Of a DNA stretch of 64,000 nt, positions 52,624 to 64,000 are shown piece after piece. The position numbers and the translations under genes are program-made. The stretch is from assembly GCA_965261735.1 (NCBI GenBank), contig OZ253470.1:2272001-2336000 (forward strand), read 5' to 3'. Positions within the stretch are counted from its first letter, which is position 1; every line of letters starts with the position of its first letter. The notes below the pieces were generated by a model. That model was not told where the DNA came from. It did no database searches and saw only the letters and a list, made by a program, of their open reading frames with translations. The DNA is from Alphaproteobacteria bacterium (lineage in GTDB: Bacteria; Pseudomonadota; Alphaproteobacteria; SHVV01).

Positions 52624-53168
52624 CACGGCCTCGCGCGTGGCTGCGCGCCGCGTCGAGGGCGCCGTCGGCCTGGCGCGCTTCGGCCAGGAGTTCGCCGAGC
52701 GGCGGGATGTTGGTGTCGCGCTCGATGAGGGTTGGTACCGGGCCGAGCCGGCGCAGCGTCGCCTCGAACAATCGCCACACTCGCGAGTCGATCGGCGATC
52801 CGTGGTCGTCGATGAGGACCTCTTCCTCGCCGACCCGCTTGACGGCATGGCCGGCCAGGTGAACCTCGCGGACGGCCTCGCCGGGGATGGCGTGGAGATA
52901 GCGCTCGGCGTCGAACCCCAGGTTCGAGGCGCTGACATGAATGTTGTTGACGTCGAGCAGGAGGGCGCAGCCGGTGCGGCGCACGACCTCGGCGAGGAAC
53001 TCGGGCTCGGGCATCGTCGAGTGGGTGAAGGCTATGTAGGATGAGGGGTTCTCGATCAGGATCTGGCGTGCGAGTCGGTCCTGGGCATTGTCGACATTAC
53101 GGCAAACGACGGCGAGCGCTTCCGCGGTATAGGGGAGCGGCAACAGGTCGTTGAGGTAGATACCATGG
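52613..53168 (-). pseudogene. DUF692 multinuclear non-heme iron oxidase (BufB-like), 5' third missing
   Basis: NDLLPLPYT, ILIENPSSY, LLLDVNN, EVHLAGH, IDDHG, TLIERD; begins at the IS junction. Confidence 0.9.
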
Positions 53169-53176
53169 CTATCCGG

Positions 53177-53205
53177 TTTACACCCACACCCACTAGGGCT
53201 AGAAT
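53177..53205 (+). promoter_or_regulatory. Sigma70-type promoter of the element B transposase
   Basis: TTTACA-N17-TAGAAT just inside the left IR, present in all four long copies. Confidence 0.65.
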
Positions 53206-53233
53206 GGGCGCAACCCGGATATAGGGGAGCGCC

Positions 53234-54253
53234 ATGGATGTTCTCGACCGCGCCGATCTCCCATTCCCGCATTCGCTACCCGAGTTCCAGCGACTTTTCC
53301 CCGATGATGCGGCCTGCGCCGCCTACCTGGAGAAAGCCCGCTGGGGAGACGGCTTTGCCTGCCCGCACTGCGGCACGGCGGGAGAGCCGTTCCACTTTGA
53401 AAACCGCCCTGGCGTCCTGCGCTGCCGCAAGTGCCGCCAGAACACCGGGCTGACGGTGGGAACAGTGATGGAGCGTAGCCACACTCCGCTGAACGTCTGG
53501 TTCTGGGCCGCTTATCTGGTCGCCAGTCAGACGCCCGGCATGTCCGCCGTGCAGTTTCAGCGGCAACTTGGTCTTTCGCGCTACGAGACGGCCTTTCAAA
53601 TTCTCCACAAGCTCCGCTCGGGCATGGTGCGGCCCAACCAAGACAGGATCGGTGGACAGCCCAAGAACCATGTTGAGGTGGACGAAACCTGGGTTGGCGG
53701 GCGAACGCGTGGGGAAGGCCGTGGTGTTCACCGCAAGGTTCCCGTCTCCTGTGCCATCGAGGTGCGTCATCGAAAGCCGGGCACCAAGCTCGACAACCGG
53801 AAAGACGGACGCTATGCCGGACGCGTTCGGCTCGCCGTCGTGCTCGACCGTAGCGCCGAGTCGCTCTGTGGGTTCGTCGAGAGCACCGTCGCGCCGCGAT
53901 CGCTGATCGTTACTGACGATTGGAGCGGCTATGCTGGCCTCGGTAAGCGCGGCTATGAGCACTTCGCTGTTGCCGAGTGTGGTGATCCAGAGGTTGCCGA
54001 GCAATACCTGCCGATCATCCATCTGGTTTTCGCCAACTTGAAGACGTGGCTGATCGGTATCCACCACGGCGTTAGCCACCAGCACCTACAAGCCTACCTC
54101 AACGAGTTCACCTTCCGCTTCAACAGGCGGTTCTACCCGTTCAACGCCTTCCGCTCATTGCTCGGCATCGCGGGCGACACCTCTGCTCCAACCTATGCCG
54201 AGCTTTACTCGGGAGAGTGGCGGCACCCTACATGTAGCGGTCATGGGCGTTAA
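53234..54253 (+). CDS. IS1595-family (ISXO2-like) transposase, intact ORF
   Basis: CPHC..CRKC, VEVDETWVGG, VTDDW, YLNEFTFRFNRR. Confidence 0.95.
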   Translation: MDVLDRADLPFPHSLPEFQRLFPDDAACAAYLEKARWGDGFACPHCGTAGEPFHFENRPGVLRCRKCRQNTGLTVGTVMERSHTPLNVWFWAAYLVASQTPGMSAVQFQRQLGLSRYETAFQILHKLRSGMVRPNQDRIGGQPKNHVEVDETWVGGRTRGEGRGVHRKVPVSCAIEVRHRKPGTKLDNRKDGRYAGRVRLAVVLDRSAESLCGFVESTVAPRSLIVTDDWSGYAGLGKRGYEHFAVAECGDPEVAEQYLPIIHLVFANLKTWLIGIHHGVSHQHLQAYLNEFTFRFNRRFYPFNAFRSLLGIAGDTSAPTYAELYSGEWRHPTCSGHGR

Positions 54254-54265
54254 CCGGATAGGCAA

Positions 54266-54298
54266 GCAAGCAATTACTAAGGTGCAAGCAATTACTAA
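54266..54298. repeat. Short direct repeat GCAAGCAATTACTAA x2 (18-bp period)
   Basis: 54266-54280 and 54284-54298. Confidence 0.85.
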
Positions 54299-54313
54299 AC
54301 TGTTCGGCTTTTA

Positions 54314-54358
54314 ATGCCTAAGCGCACCGACATCGAATCGATTCTGATCGTCGGCGCA
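54314..54358 (+). repeat. Duplicate of the carB 5' end
   Basis: 54314-54348 is identical to 55098-55132 (35 bp); encodes [15 protein letters not shown] versus ..ILIIGA. Confidence 0.95.
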
Positions 54359-54368
54359 GTTGCCGAGT

Positions 54369-54406
54369 CCCCTCCCCCCTTGTGGGGGAGGGTTAGGGAG
54401 GGGGGG
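54369..54406. repeat. REP-like hairpin + tail, left of DUF559
   Basis: CCCTCCCCC-CTTGT-GGGGGAGGG TTAGGGAGGGGGGG. Confidence 0.9.
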
Positions 54407-54417
54407 ATGATTAACCA

Positions 54418-54750
54418 ATGGTCAGCAAAATCGCTCGGCAGCTCCGCACGAACCTCACCGAGGCCGATCAGCGGCTATGGTCACGGCTCCGGCGCCGACA
54501 ACTCGGCGGATGTTATTTTCGGCGCCAAGCCCCTATCGGAGATTACATCGTCGACTTTGCCTGCTTCGAGCGGAATCTCGTGGTCGAGGTGGACGGCGGC
54601 CAGCATACGGAGCGGGTGGCGCAAGACACAAAAAGGTCCGAGTGGCTCGAGAGCCAGGGCTACAGGGTCCTTCGCTTTTGGAACAATGACGTGCTCCAGA
54701 ACGTGGACGGGGTCGTGGACACGATTCTGGCGGCGCTTCGGGAACCATAA
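54418..54750 (+). CDS. DUF559 (Vsr-like) endonuclease-domain protein
   Basis: ARQLR..T.AD.RLW..LR, FRRQAPIGDYIVDFAC, VEVDGGQH, GYRVLRFWN. Confidence 0.92.
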   Translation: MVSKIARQLRTNLTEADQRLWSRLRRRQLGGCYFRRQAPIGDYIVDFACFERNLVVEVDGGQHTERVAQDTKRSEWLESQGYRVLRFWNNDVLQNVDGVVDTILAALREP

Positions 54751-54753
54751 GAA

Positions 54754-54793
54754 CACCCCCTCCCTAACCCTCCCCCATCAACAAGGGGGAGGG
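54754..54793. repeat. REP-like tail + hairpin, right of DUF559 (inverted)
   Basis: CACCCCCTCCCTAA CCCTCCCCC-ATCAACAA-GGGGGAGGG. Confidence 0.9.
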
Positions 54794-54819
54794 AGCAGGC
54801 TCTGACGTCGCCCGCGACT

Positions 54820-55041
54820 TTATTCCCTGCGTTCAAAGTCGAGCGGCGTCGTGGTACCTGTGCGCACTTCCGCCAAGGCTTCATCGGCGAGCCTAGCCAG
54901 AACGTCCTGAGAATCAGCGAATGCCTTGGCCCAGCGCTTTTCCGAACGCAGTTCATCGAGTATGAAGACGGCTAGCTCGCACTGCTCTTCGGGCGCAAGC
55001 TTGGCGGCTTCGTCTAGAACCTTCTTCAGCAACGTGTTCAT
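54820..55041 (-). CDS. Small antitoxin-like protein (orphan)
   Basis: [37 protein letters not shown] resembles small proteins that precede ParE/RelE-like toxins (recalled, not searched). Confidence 0.6.
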   Translation of the reverse strand: MNTLLKKVLDEAAKLAPEEQCELAVFILDELRSEKRWAKAFADSQDVLARLADEALAEVRTGTTTPLDFERRE

Positions 55042-55097
55042 GTGGCGCGGTATACAGCGACACACTACCCCCCGCGAGCGATAGGGGGGCGATGGCC

Positions 55098-58346
<3,249 letters not shown>

Positions 58347-58415
58347 TAGGCGGAAGGGATCGGGCGCCGCCCGCTCTGACCGCGGGCGAGCTAGGTCCGT
58401 CCAGGGACTGGTGAC

Positions 58416-58889
58416 ATGGACAAAGAGCCGATGACTCCGGCGGGGTTCGAGCGCCTGCAGCAGGAAGTCAAACACCTCAAGACCGTCGAGCGGCCGGCCT
58501 TGATGAAGGCGCTCGAGGAAGCCCGCAGCTACGGCGACATCTCGGAGAACGCGGAGTATCACGCGGCCAAGGAGCGCCAGGGCTTTATCGAGGGCCGGGT
58601 TTATGAGCTCGAGGACAAGCTGCGCCGCGCGGAGGTCATCGACGTAACCAAGCTGTCAGGCAGCGGCATCAAGTTCGGCGCCACCATCAGGCTCGCCGAC
58701 GAGGATACGAACGCCAAGGTGACTTACCAGATCGTCGGCGCGCTCGAGGCCGACATCAAGGAAGGCCGGCTGTCGATCACCTCGCCGCTCGCACGGGCGC
58801 TGATCGGCAAGTCCAAGGGAGATTCGGTCGAGGTCAGCACCCCCGGCGGCTTCAAGTCCTACGAAATCGTCTCGGTGAAGTACGGTTGA
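58416..58889 (+). CDS. greA: Transcription elongation factor GreA
   Basis: [24 protein letters not shown]. Confidence 0.98.
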   Translation: MDKEPMTPAGFERLQQEVKHLKTVERPALMKALEEARSYGDISENAEYHAAKERQGFIEGRVYELEDKLRRAEVIDVTKLSGSGIKFGATIRLADEDTNAKVTYQIVGALEADIKEGRLSITSPLARALIGKSKGDSVEVSTPGGFKSYEIVSVKYG

Positions 58890-58931
58890 GCGTGGCCGTT
58901 GCGGCGCCCGTCCGCGTGGTCGCGAGCGCCG

Positions 58932-59402
58932 CTACTCGAGCGGCACGCCGGGCAGGCGTTTGGACGCACGAATGGCGAGCGAGCTCTTGACTTGACCGAC
59001 GTTGGGTGCGGCCGTGAGCTCGGTGGTCAGGAAGACCTGGTAGGTGTCCCAGTCGGGCGACACGATCTTGAGCTGGAAGTCGGCCTCCCCGGCCAACATG
59101 TAGCACTCGCGCACCATCGGCCACGTCGCCACCAGCCGCTCGAAGGCCACGAGATCCGACTCGGCCTGGCTCTTGAGGCCGACCTGGGCGAACACGGTGA
59201 CGCCGTAGCCCAGCGCCTGGTCGTTGAGGTCGGCGTGGTAGCCGCGGATGTAACCCGCCTCTTCGAGTGCGCGCACCCGCCTGAGGCACGGCGGAGCCGA
59301 AATCCCGGCGCGGCGGGCGAGTTCGACGTTGGTGATCCGGCCGGTGTCCTGCAGATCGCGTAGGATGCGACGATCGATCTCGTCGAGCTTCACGCGCGCC
59401 AT
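58932..59402 (-). CDS. lrp: Lrp/AsnC-family regulator
   Basis: LDEIDRRIL, ISAPPCLRRVRALE; position between greA and trxB. Confidence 0.9.
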   Translation of the reverse strand: MARVKLDEIDRRILRDLQDTGRITNVELARRAGISAPPCLRRVRALEEAGYIRGYHADLNDQALGYGVTVFAQVGLKSQAESDLVAFERLVATWPMVRECYMLAGEADFQLKIVSPDWDTYQVFLTTELTAAPNVGQVKSSLAIRASKRLPGVPLE

Positions 59403-59509
59403 GGTTTCTCCCACCGTGCCGCGGGCGTCTTTATAACATTGTTTCGCATGCGAGTAATGATATTTCGCGTTCTCGCGAATCCGCGCAACGACGCACAACA
59501 GGTGCCACG

Positions 59510-60535
59510 TTGCTGAAGGAAACTCCACCTTCGGACCGCGCCGCGGACCACGACGCCGGCGGGGCGAGTCGCACCTGCTGGGTCGTCACCGACGGCAAGG
59601 CGGGCACGCAGAACCAGTGTGTCGGGCTCGCGGAGGCGGTCGGCCTGCCGACCACCGTGAAGCGGATACGGCCGCGGGCACCGTGGCGGTTCCTGCCGCC
59701 CCGGCTCTGGGCGGCGCTGCTCGGGAATGATCCGACGCGAACGCTCGCGCCCGACAGCGACACCCTGTTGCCACCGTGGCCGAGCCTCCTCATCGCCGCC
59801 GGTCGTGCCAGCGTTCCCTACGCCATTGCATTGGGCCGGTTTAGCGCCGGCACCACGTATCGGGTCCAGCTGCAGAACCCGCGGGTGCCCTCGCGCTTGT
59901 TCGATCTCGTGGTGCCGCCGCGGCACGACCGCGTCTCGGGCGCCAACGTTTTGGCGACTCGCGGCGCGCTCCACCGGGTGACGGCCGAGCGCCTCGCCGC
60001 GGACGCCGCCCGCGTCGCCCCGAGCCTCGCGCACCTACCGCGGCCGCTGGTGGCGGTCCTCATCGGCGGCGCCAACAAGTACTACCGGCTAACGCCACGG
60101 GTCGCGCAACGCCTTGCGGCGCAGCTCGCGGGCCTGTGCCGCGAGGCTGGCGCGGGGCTTGCGGTAACTCCATCGCGGCGCACCGGGCTCGAAAATGCAG
60201 CCCTGTTGCGCGCACACCTCGGCGACGCCCCGGCCGTCGTCTGGGACGGCACCGGCGACAACCCCTATTTCGGCTACCTCGGGCTCGCCGACGCCGTCGT
60301 CGTGAGCCCCGATTCGGTCTCGATGGCCTCGGAGGCGTGCGCCACCGGCAAGCCGGTCTACGTCATCGAGCTCGAAGGCAGCGGGCGCAAGTTCCGCGCG
60401 TTCCACGAGGCGCTGCACCGCGACGGCCTGACCCGGCCCTTCTCGGGGAGGCTCGACAGCTGGAGCTACACGCCTCTCGACGACACCGCGGCCGTGGCCG
60501 CCGAGGTCAAGCGCCGCATGGGCCTGCCGGTGTGA
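59510..60535 (+). CDS. ELM1 / DUF1022 family protein
   Basis: WVVTDGKAG..NQCVGLAEA, FDLVVPPRHD, TPSRRT, DSVSMASEA. Confidence 0.9.
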   Translation: MLKETPPSDRAADHDAGGASRTCWVVTDGKAGTQNQCVGLAEAVGLPTTVKRIRPRAPWRFLPPRLWAALLGNDPTRTLAPDSDTLLPPWPSLLIAAGRASVPYAIALGRFSAGTTYRVQLQNPRVPSRLFDLVVPPRHDRVSGANVLATRGALHRVTAERLAADAARVAPSLAHLPRPLVAVLIGGANKYYRLTPRVAQRLAAQLAGLCREAGAGLAVTPSRRTGLENAALLRAHLGDAPAVVWDGTGDNPYFGYLGLADAVVVSPDSVSMASEACATGKPVYVIELEGSGRKFRAFHEALHRDGLTRPFSGRLDSWSYTPLDDTAAVAAEVKRRMGLPV

Positions 60536-60656
60536 GCGCGGCCTGAAAGCGGCCGCGGCGGGACGCCGCCGGCGCGATGGTCTTGCGCGGCTCGCGCCGG
60601 GCTCGTAAATAAGGATCATCCGCGCACGTCGGTGTACTTACGCCCAGGAGACGGAC

Positions 60657-61625
60657 ATGTCCCACCACCGCCACGCCAAGGTCCTGATCCTGGGATCGGG
60701 TCCGGCCGGCTACACCGCAGCGGTCTACGCCGCCCGCGCCGGCGTGAATCCGATGCTCGTGCAAGGCATGCAACCCGGCGGCCAGATGACGATCACCACC
60801 GACGTCGAGAACTACCCGGGCTTTGCCGACGTGATCCAGGGTCCCTGGCTGATGGAGCAAATGGAGGTCCAGGCCAAGCACGTCGGCACCCAGATGGTGC
60901 AGGATGTCGTCGTCGCGGTCGATCTCAGCCAGCGCCCGTTTCGCTGCACAGGTGATTCGGGCGATACCTACAGCGCCGATGCACTGATCATTTCCACCGG
61001 AGCGCAGGCGCGCTGGCTCGGGCTCGAGGGCGAGGAGCGATTCCAGGGGCACGGCCTCTCGGCCTGCGCGACCTGCGACGGATTCTTCTTCCGCGGTGAG
61101 GAAGTAGCGGTCATCGGCGGCGGCAACACCGCGGCCGAGGAGGCGCTGTTTCTCACCAACCATGCGAGCCGCGTCACACTCGTGCATCGCCGCGACCGCC
61201 TGCGTGCGGAAAAGATCCTGCAGGAGCGCGTCTTCGCGAACCCCAAGATCGATATCGTTTGGGATCACGTGGTGGACGAGATTCTCGGCACCGATGAGCC
61301 GCCGGCGGTGACGGGCGCGCGGCTGCGCCACGTCAAGACGGGCGCCTTGCGTGAGCTGCCGATTGGCGGGCTGTTTATCGCCATCGGCCACGACCCCAAT
61401 ACGGCGCTCTTTCGCGGCCAGGTCGCGATGGCCGAGGACGGCTATATCCTGACCGCGGGCGACTCGACGGCGACCAACGTGCCTGGCGTCTTCGCCGCCG
61501 GCGACGTCCAGGACCGGGTGTTTCGCCAGGCCGTCACCGCCGCCGGCACCGGGTGCATGGCGGCGATCGAGGCCGAGAAGTTCATCTCCGAACACGCGGA
61601 CACGGCTGCGGCCGCGGCCGAATAG
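60657..61625 (+). CDS. trxB: Thioredoxin reductase
   Basis: GSGPAGYTA, SACATCDG, GGGNTA, FAAGDV. Confidence 0.98.
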   Translation: MSHHRHAKVLILGSGPAGYTAAVYAARAGVNPMLVQGMQPGGQMTITTDVENYPGFADVIQGPWLMEQMEVQAKHVGTQMVQDVVVAVDLSQRPFRCTGDSGDTYSADALIISTGAQARWLGLEGEERFQGHGLSACATCDGFFFRGEEVAVIGGGNTAAEEALFLTNHASRVTLVHRRDRLRAEKILQERVFANPKIDIVWDHVVDEILGTDEPPAVTGARLRHVKTGALRELPIGGLFIAIGHDPNTALFRGQVAMAEDGYILTAGDSTATNVPGVFAAGDVQDRVFRQAVTAAGTGCMAAIEAEKFISEHADTAAAAAE

Positions 61626-61670
61626 CGTGGATCGATTTCGCCCGCGGGCGGGCGAAGACAGCCTGAAATC

Positions 61671-62558
61671 ATGGACTGGGACAAGCTCAGGATCTTTCAC
61701 GCGGTCGCCCGCGCCGGCAGCTTCACCGGCGCCGGCACGGTGCTTAACCTGAGCCAATCCGCGATCAGCCGCCAGGTCAGCGCGCTCGAGCAGAGCCTGG
61801 ATGTCGTGCTGTTTCATCGCCACGCGCGCGGCATCATTCTGACCGAGCAAGGAGAGACGCTCTATCGGACCGCGCAAGAGGTATCGACCCGGCTGTTGAT
61901 GGCCCAGGCGGCGCTCAGCGAGGCGGCCGAGATGCCGAGCGGGGAGCTTCGCATCACCACCACCGTCGCCTTCGGCTCGACCTGGCTCACGCCGCGCATC
62001 GGCGAGTTTCTCGACCTTTATCCCGACATCTCCGTGACACTGCTGGTCGAAGACCGCGAGCTCGACCTCGGCATGCGCGAGGCCGACATAGCGATCCGCA
62101 TGAGGAGGGCGGCCCACCCCGACCTCGTGCAGCGCCGACTGCTGACCGTGCACAACCATATGTACGCCTCGCCCGAGTACCTTCAGCGCTACGGCCGACC
62201 CCAGACGGTGGCCGATCTCGACCAGCACCGGGTTCTCGGCTGGGGCGACGTGCCGGCGCCGGTGGGCGACGTCAACTGGCTGGTCACGATGGGGAATCGG
62301 CTGAAGACCGCTCGCCGTCCCGTCCTGACCGTGAACAATGGATACGGGCTGCTGTTGGCGGTCGAAAGTGGCATCGGGATCGCCGCGCTGCCCGACTACA
62401 TGGTGCGCGCGAATTCCCGCGTCACGCGCATCCTACCGGAAATCGAGGGCCCGGTTCACGACACCTACTTCGTGTACCCCGAAGAGCTGCGGCACACGAA
62501 ACGGATCGCCATCTTCCGCGACTTCCTGCTCGACAAGGTCGCGGACTGGGAGTTCTAA
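61671..62558 (+). CDS. LysR regulator (LsrB/VtlR-like)
   Basis: MDWDKLRIFHAV, LSQSAISRQ, FHRHARG; directly after trxB. Confidence 0.9.
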   Translation: MDWDKLRIFHAVARAGSFTGAGTVLNLSQSAISRQVSALEQSLDVVLFHRHARGIILTEQGETLYRTAQEVSTRLLMAQAALSEAAEMPSGELRITTTVAFGSTWLTPRIGEFLDLYPDISVTLLVEDRELDLGMREADIAIRMRRAAHPDLVQRRLLTVHNHMYASPEYLQRYGRPQTVADLDQHRVLGWGDVPAPVGDVNWLVTMGNRLKTARRPVLTVNNGYGLLLAVESGIGIAALPDYMVRANSRVTRILPEIEGPVHDTYFVYPEELRHTKRIAIFRDFLLDKVADWEF

Positions 62559-62673
62559 GGCGCCCTGCGCCGAGATACCAAGTATCCCGAGATTATTAGC
62601 AGCGGCCAAGTTCAAGGGGGATAGAATCTCTGGAGGTCTGAGCGACACGCTCGAGCACGACGCCTAATCTGGA

Positions 62674-62705
62674 CAAAGGGCCGATCCCTTGGGATCGGCC
62701 CTTTG
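62674..62705. terminator. Perfect 15-bp hairpin, probable bidirectional terminator
   Basis: CAAAGGGCCGATCCC-TT-GGGATCGGCCCTTTG between convergent genes. Confidence 0.75.
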
Positions 62706-62730
62706 CTGTGTGTTGCCGCGGCCGGCCGCG

Positions 62731-63297
62731 CTAGGCGAGATAGGGGCGGCGTGCGGCGGGCGCCTGGTCGATGGCGTCGAAGTTCAGCGAGCGGTCGGCG
62801 TAGAATTCGACGCCGGTTCCCGAGGGGTCCCTCAGAAACATGCTGCGCTTGCGTGCGTTGTCGACCTCGAAATCGACGGTGATGCCGGCCGTGGCCAGCT
62901 TATCCTTGGCGTCCGCTAAGTCGGACTCGTCGGCGAGTTCGAACGACACGTGGTGGAGCCCCGCCTCGCCGCCGTTTTCGAGGGCGAAGAGCGCCAGGTC
63001 GAACTCGGACGCGCCACCGCGGTAGCAGGCGAAATCGGCATCCGGCGAGGCATATATTTCGACCAGCCCGAGGAGGTCGGTGACGAATCGGCGCATCAGA
63101 TCGAAGCGCTTCGTCACCAGCACGCCGCGGGCGATCCGTATGGGATGGAACGGTGCCTCCTCGACCCGCGTGATCTCGGGATTGACGTGGTAGCGCCGGT
63201 CCGTGGTCGGCGGCGGATCGCCGGGCGTCCACTCGCCCGAGATCAGCTCGATGTCGCCGCCCGTGAACATCTCCCACCACTCCTTCTTGGCGTCGGC
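62731..63297 (-). pseudogene. Third VOC paralogue, cut by IS1595 element B
   Basis: ISGEW..PEITRV..HP, GLHHVSFE, RDPSG..EFY, RPYL match the C-terminal halves of the 48.5-50.6 kb pair. Confidence 0.8.
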
Positions 63298-64000
63298 CTT
63301 GCCTATCCGGTTTACACCCACACCCACTAGGGCTAGAATGGGCGCAACCCGGATATAGGGGAGCGCGCCATGGATGTTCTCGACCGCGTCGGTCTCCCAT
63401 TCCCGCATTCGCTACCCGAGTTCCAGCGACTTTTCCCCGATGATGCGGCCTGCGCCGCCTACCTGGAGAAAGCCCGCTGGGGAGACGGCTTTGCCTGCCC
63501 GCACTGCGGCACGGCGGGAGAGCCGTTCCACTTTGAAAACCGCCCTGGCGTCCTGCGCTGCCGCAAGTGCCGCCAGAACACCGGGCTGACGGTGGGAACA
63601 GTGATGGAGCGTAGCCACACTCCGCTGAACGTCTGGTTCTGGGCCGCTTATCTGGTCGCCAGTCAGACGCCCGGCATGTCCGCCGTGCAGTTTCAGCGGT
63701 AACTTGGTCTTTCGCGCTACGAGACGGCCTTTCAAATTCTCCACAAGCTCCGCTCGGGCATGGTGCGGCCCAACCAAGACAGGATCGGTGGACAGCCCAA
63801 GAACCATGTTGAGGTGGACGAAACCTGGGTTGGCGGGCGAACGCGTGGGGAAGGCCGTGGTGTTCACCACAAGGTTCCCGTCTCCTGTGCCATCGAGGTG
63901 CGTCATCGAAAGCCGGGCACCAAGCTCGACAACCGGAAAGACGGACGCTATGCCGGACGCGTTCGGCTCGCCGTCGTGCTCGACCGTAGCGCCGAGTCGC
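63298..64000 (+). mobile_element. IS1595 element B copy (runs off right edge); transposase has a nonsense codon
   Basis: Left IR CTTGCCTATCCGGTT; CAA to TAA at 63700. Confidence 0.95.

Larger units (their letters stand above)
53169..54266 (+). mobile_element. IS1595 element B, most complete copy (about 1.1 kb)
   Basis: Right IR AACCGGATAGGCAAG ends at 54266; left IR lacks its first 5 bp relative to copies at 40302 and 63298; no TSD. Confidence 0.95.

Noticed and set aside
27024-54793. C/G-rich repeats with fixed-length spacers as a CRISPR array
   Set aside because: Arms are inverted, copies are dispersed over tens of kb, spacers are homologous to each other, and no cas genes are present.
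54314-54805. 163-aa ORF as a real CarB-DUF559 fusion, or G7 slippage into DUF559
   Set aside because: It is out of frame with DUF559, and a TAA at 54412-54414 blocks the DUF559 frame just before its ATG.
55066-55090. C6..G6 stem before carB as another REP copy
   Set aside because: It lacks the CCCTCCCCC/GGGGGAGGG arms and tail; the G run may simply be the RBS.
59510-60535. ELM1 and the integrin-like repeats as eukaryote-derived genes
   Set aside because: Both families are widespread in bacteria, and codon use matches the surrounding genes.

Overview
A GC-rich alphaproteobacterial chromosome segment, probably Rhodospirillales-like; this is inferred from the carB-greA-lrp-ELM1-trxB-LysR(LsrB/VtlR-type) block at 55-62.5 kb. 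The rest is accessory: transporters, catabolic oxidoreductases, otsA, an nfeD-stomatin pair, a five-gene F420 operon (npdG-cofE-cofD-cofC-fbiC) bracketed by two LLM paralogues, and a giant FecR/Calx-beta/FG-GAP/RTX-like protein. The region is eroding: one IS5, one IS1595 with a perfect 8-bp target-site duplication (TSD) and an alpha-type LexA box, five variously decayed copies of a second IS1595, and about ten broken genes. The best candidate for an under-described system is a small DUF559 (Vsr-like) nuclease gene flanked by inverted C/G-rich hairpin-plus-tail repeats. The same repeat recurs four times as gene-less ~100-bp inverted doublets with an invariant 27-bp spacer, which resembles a RAYT/REPIN pair but with a different nuclease. 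The DUF559 copy sits in a 784-bp cassette bounded by a duplication of the carB 5' end. A second notable item is a pseudogenised class III cyclase-TM-cytochrome P460 fusion. No rRNA, tRNA or CRISPR array was seen. All family calls come from motif recognition, not database searches.
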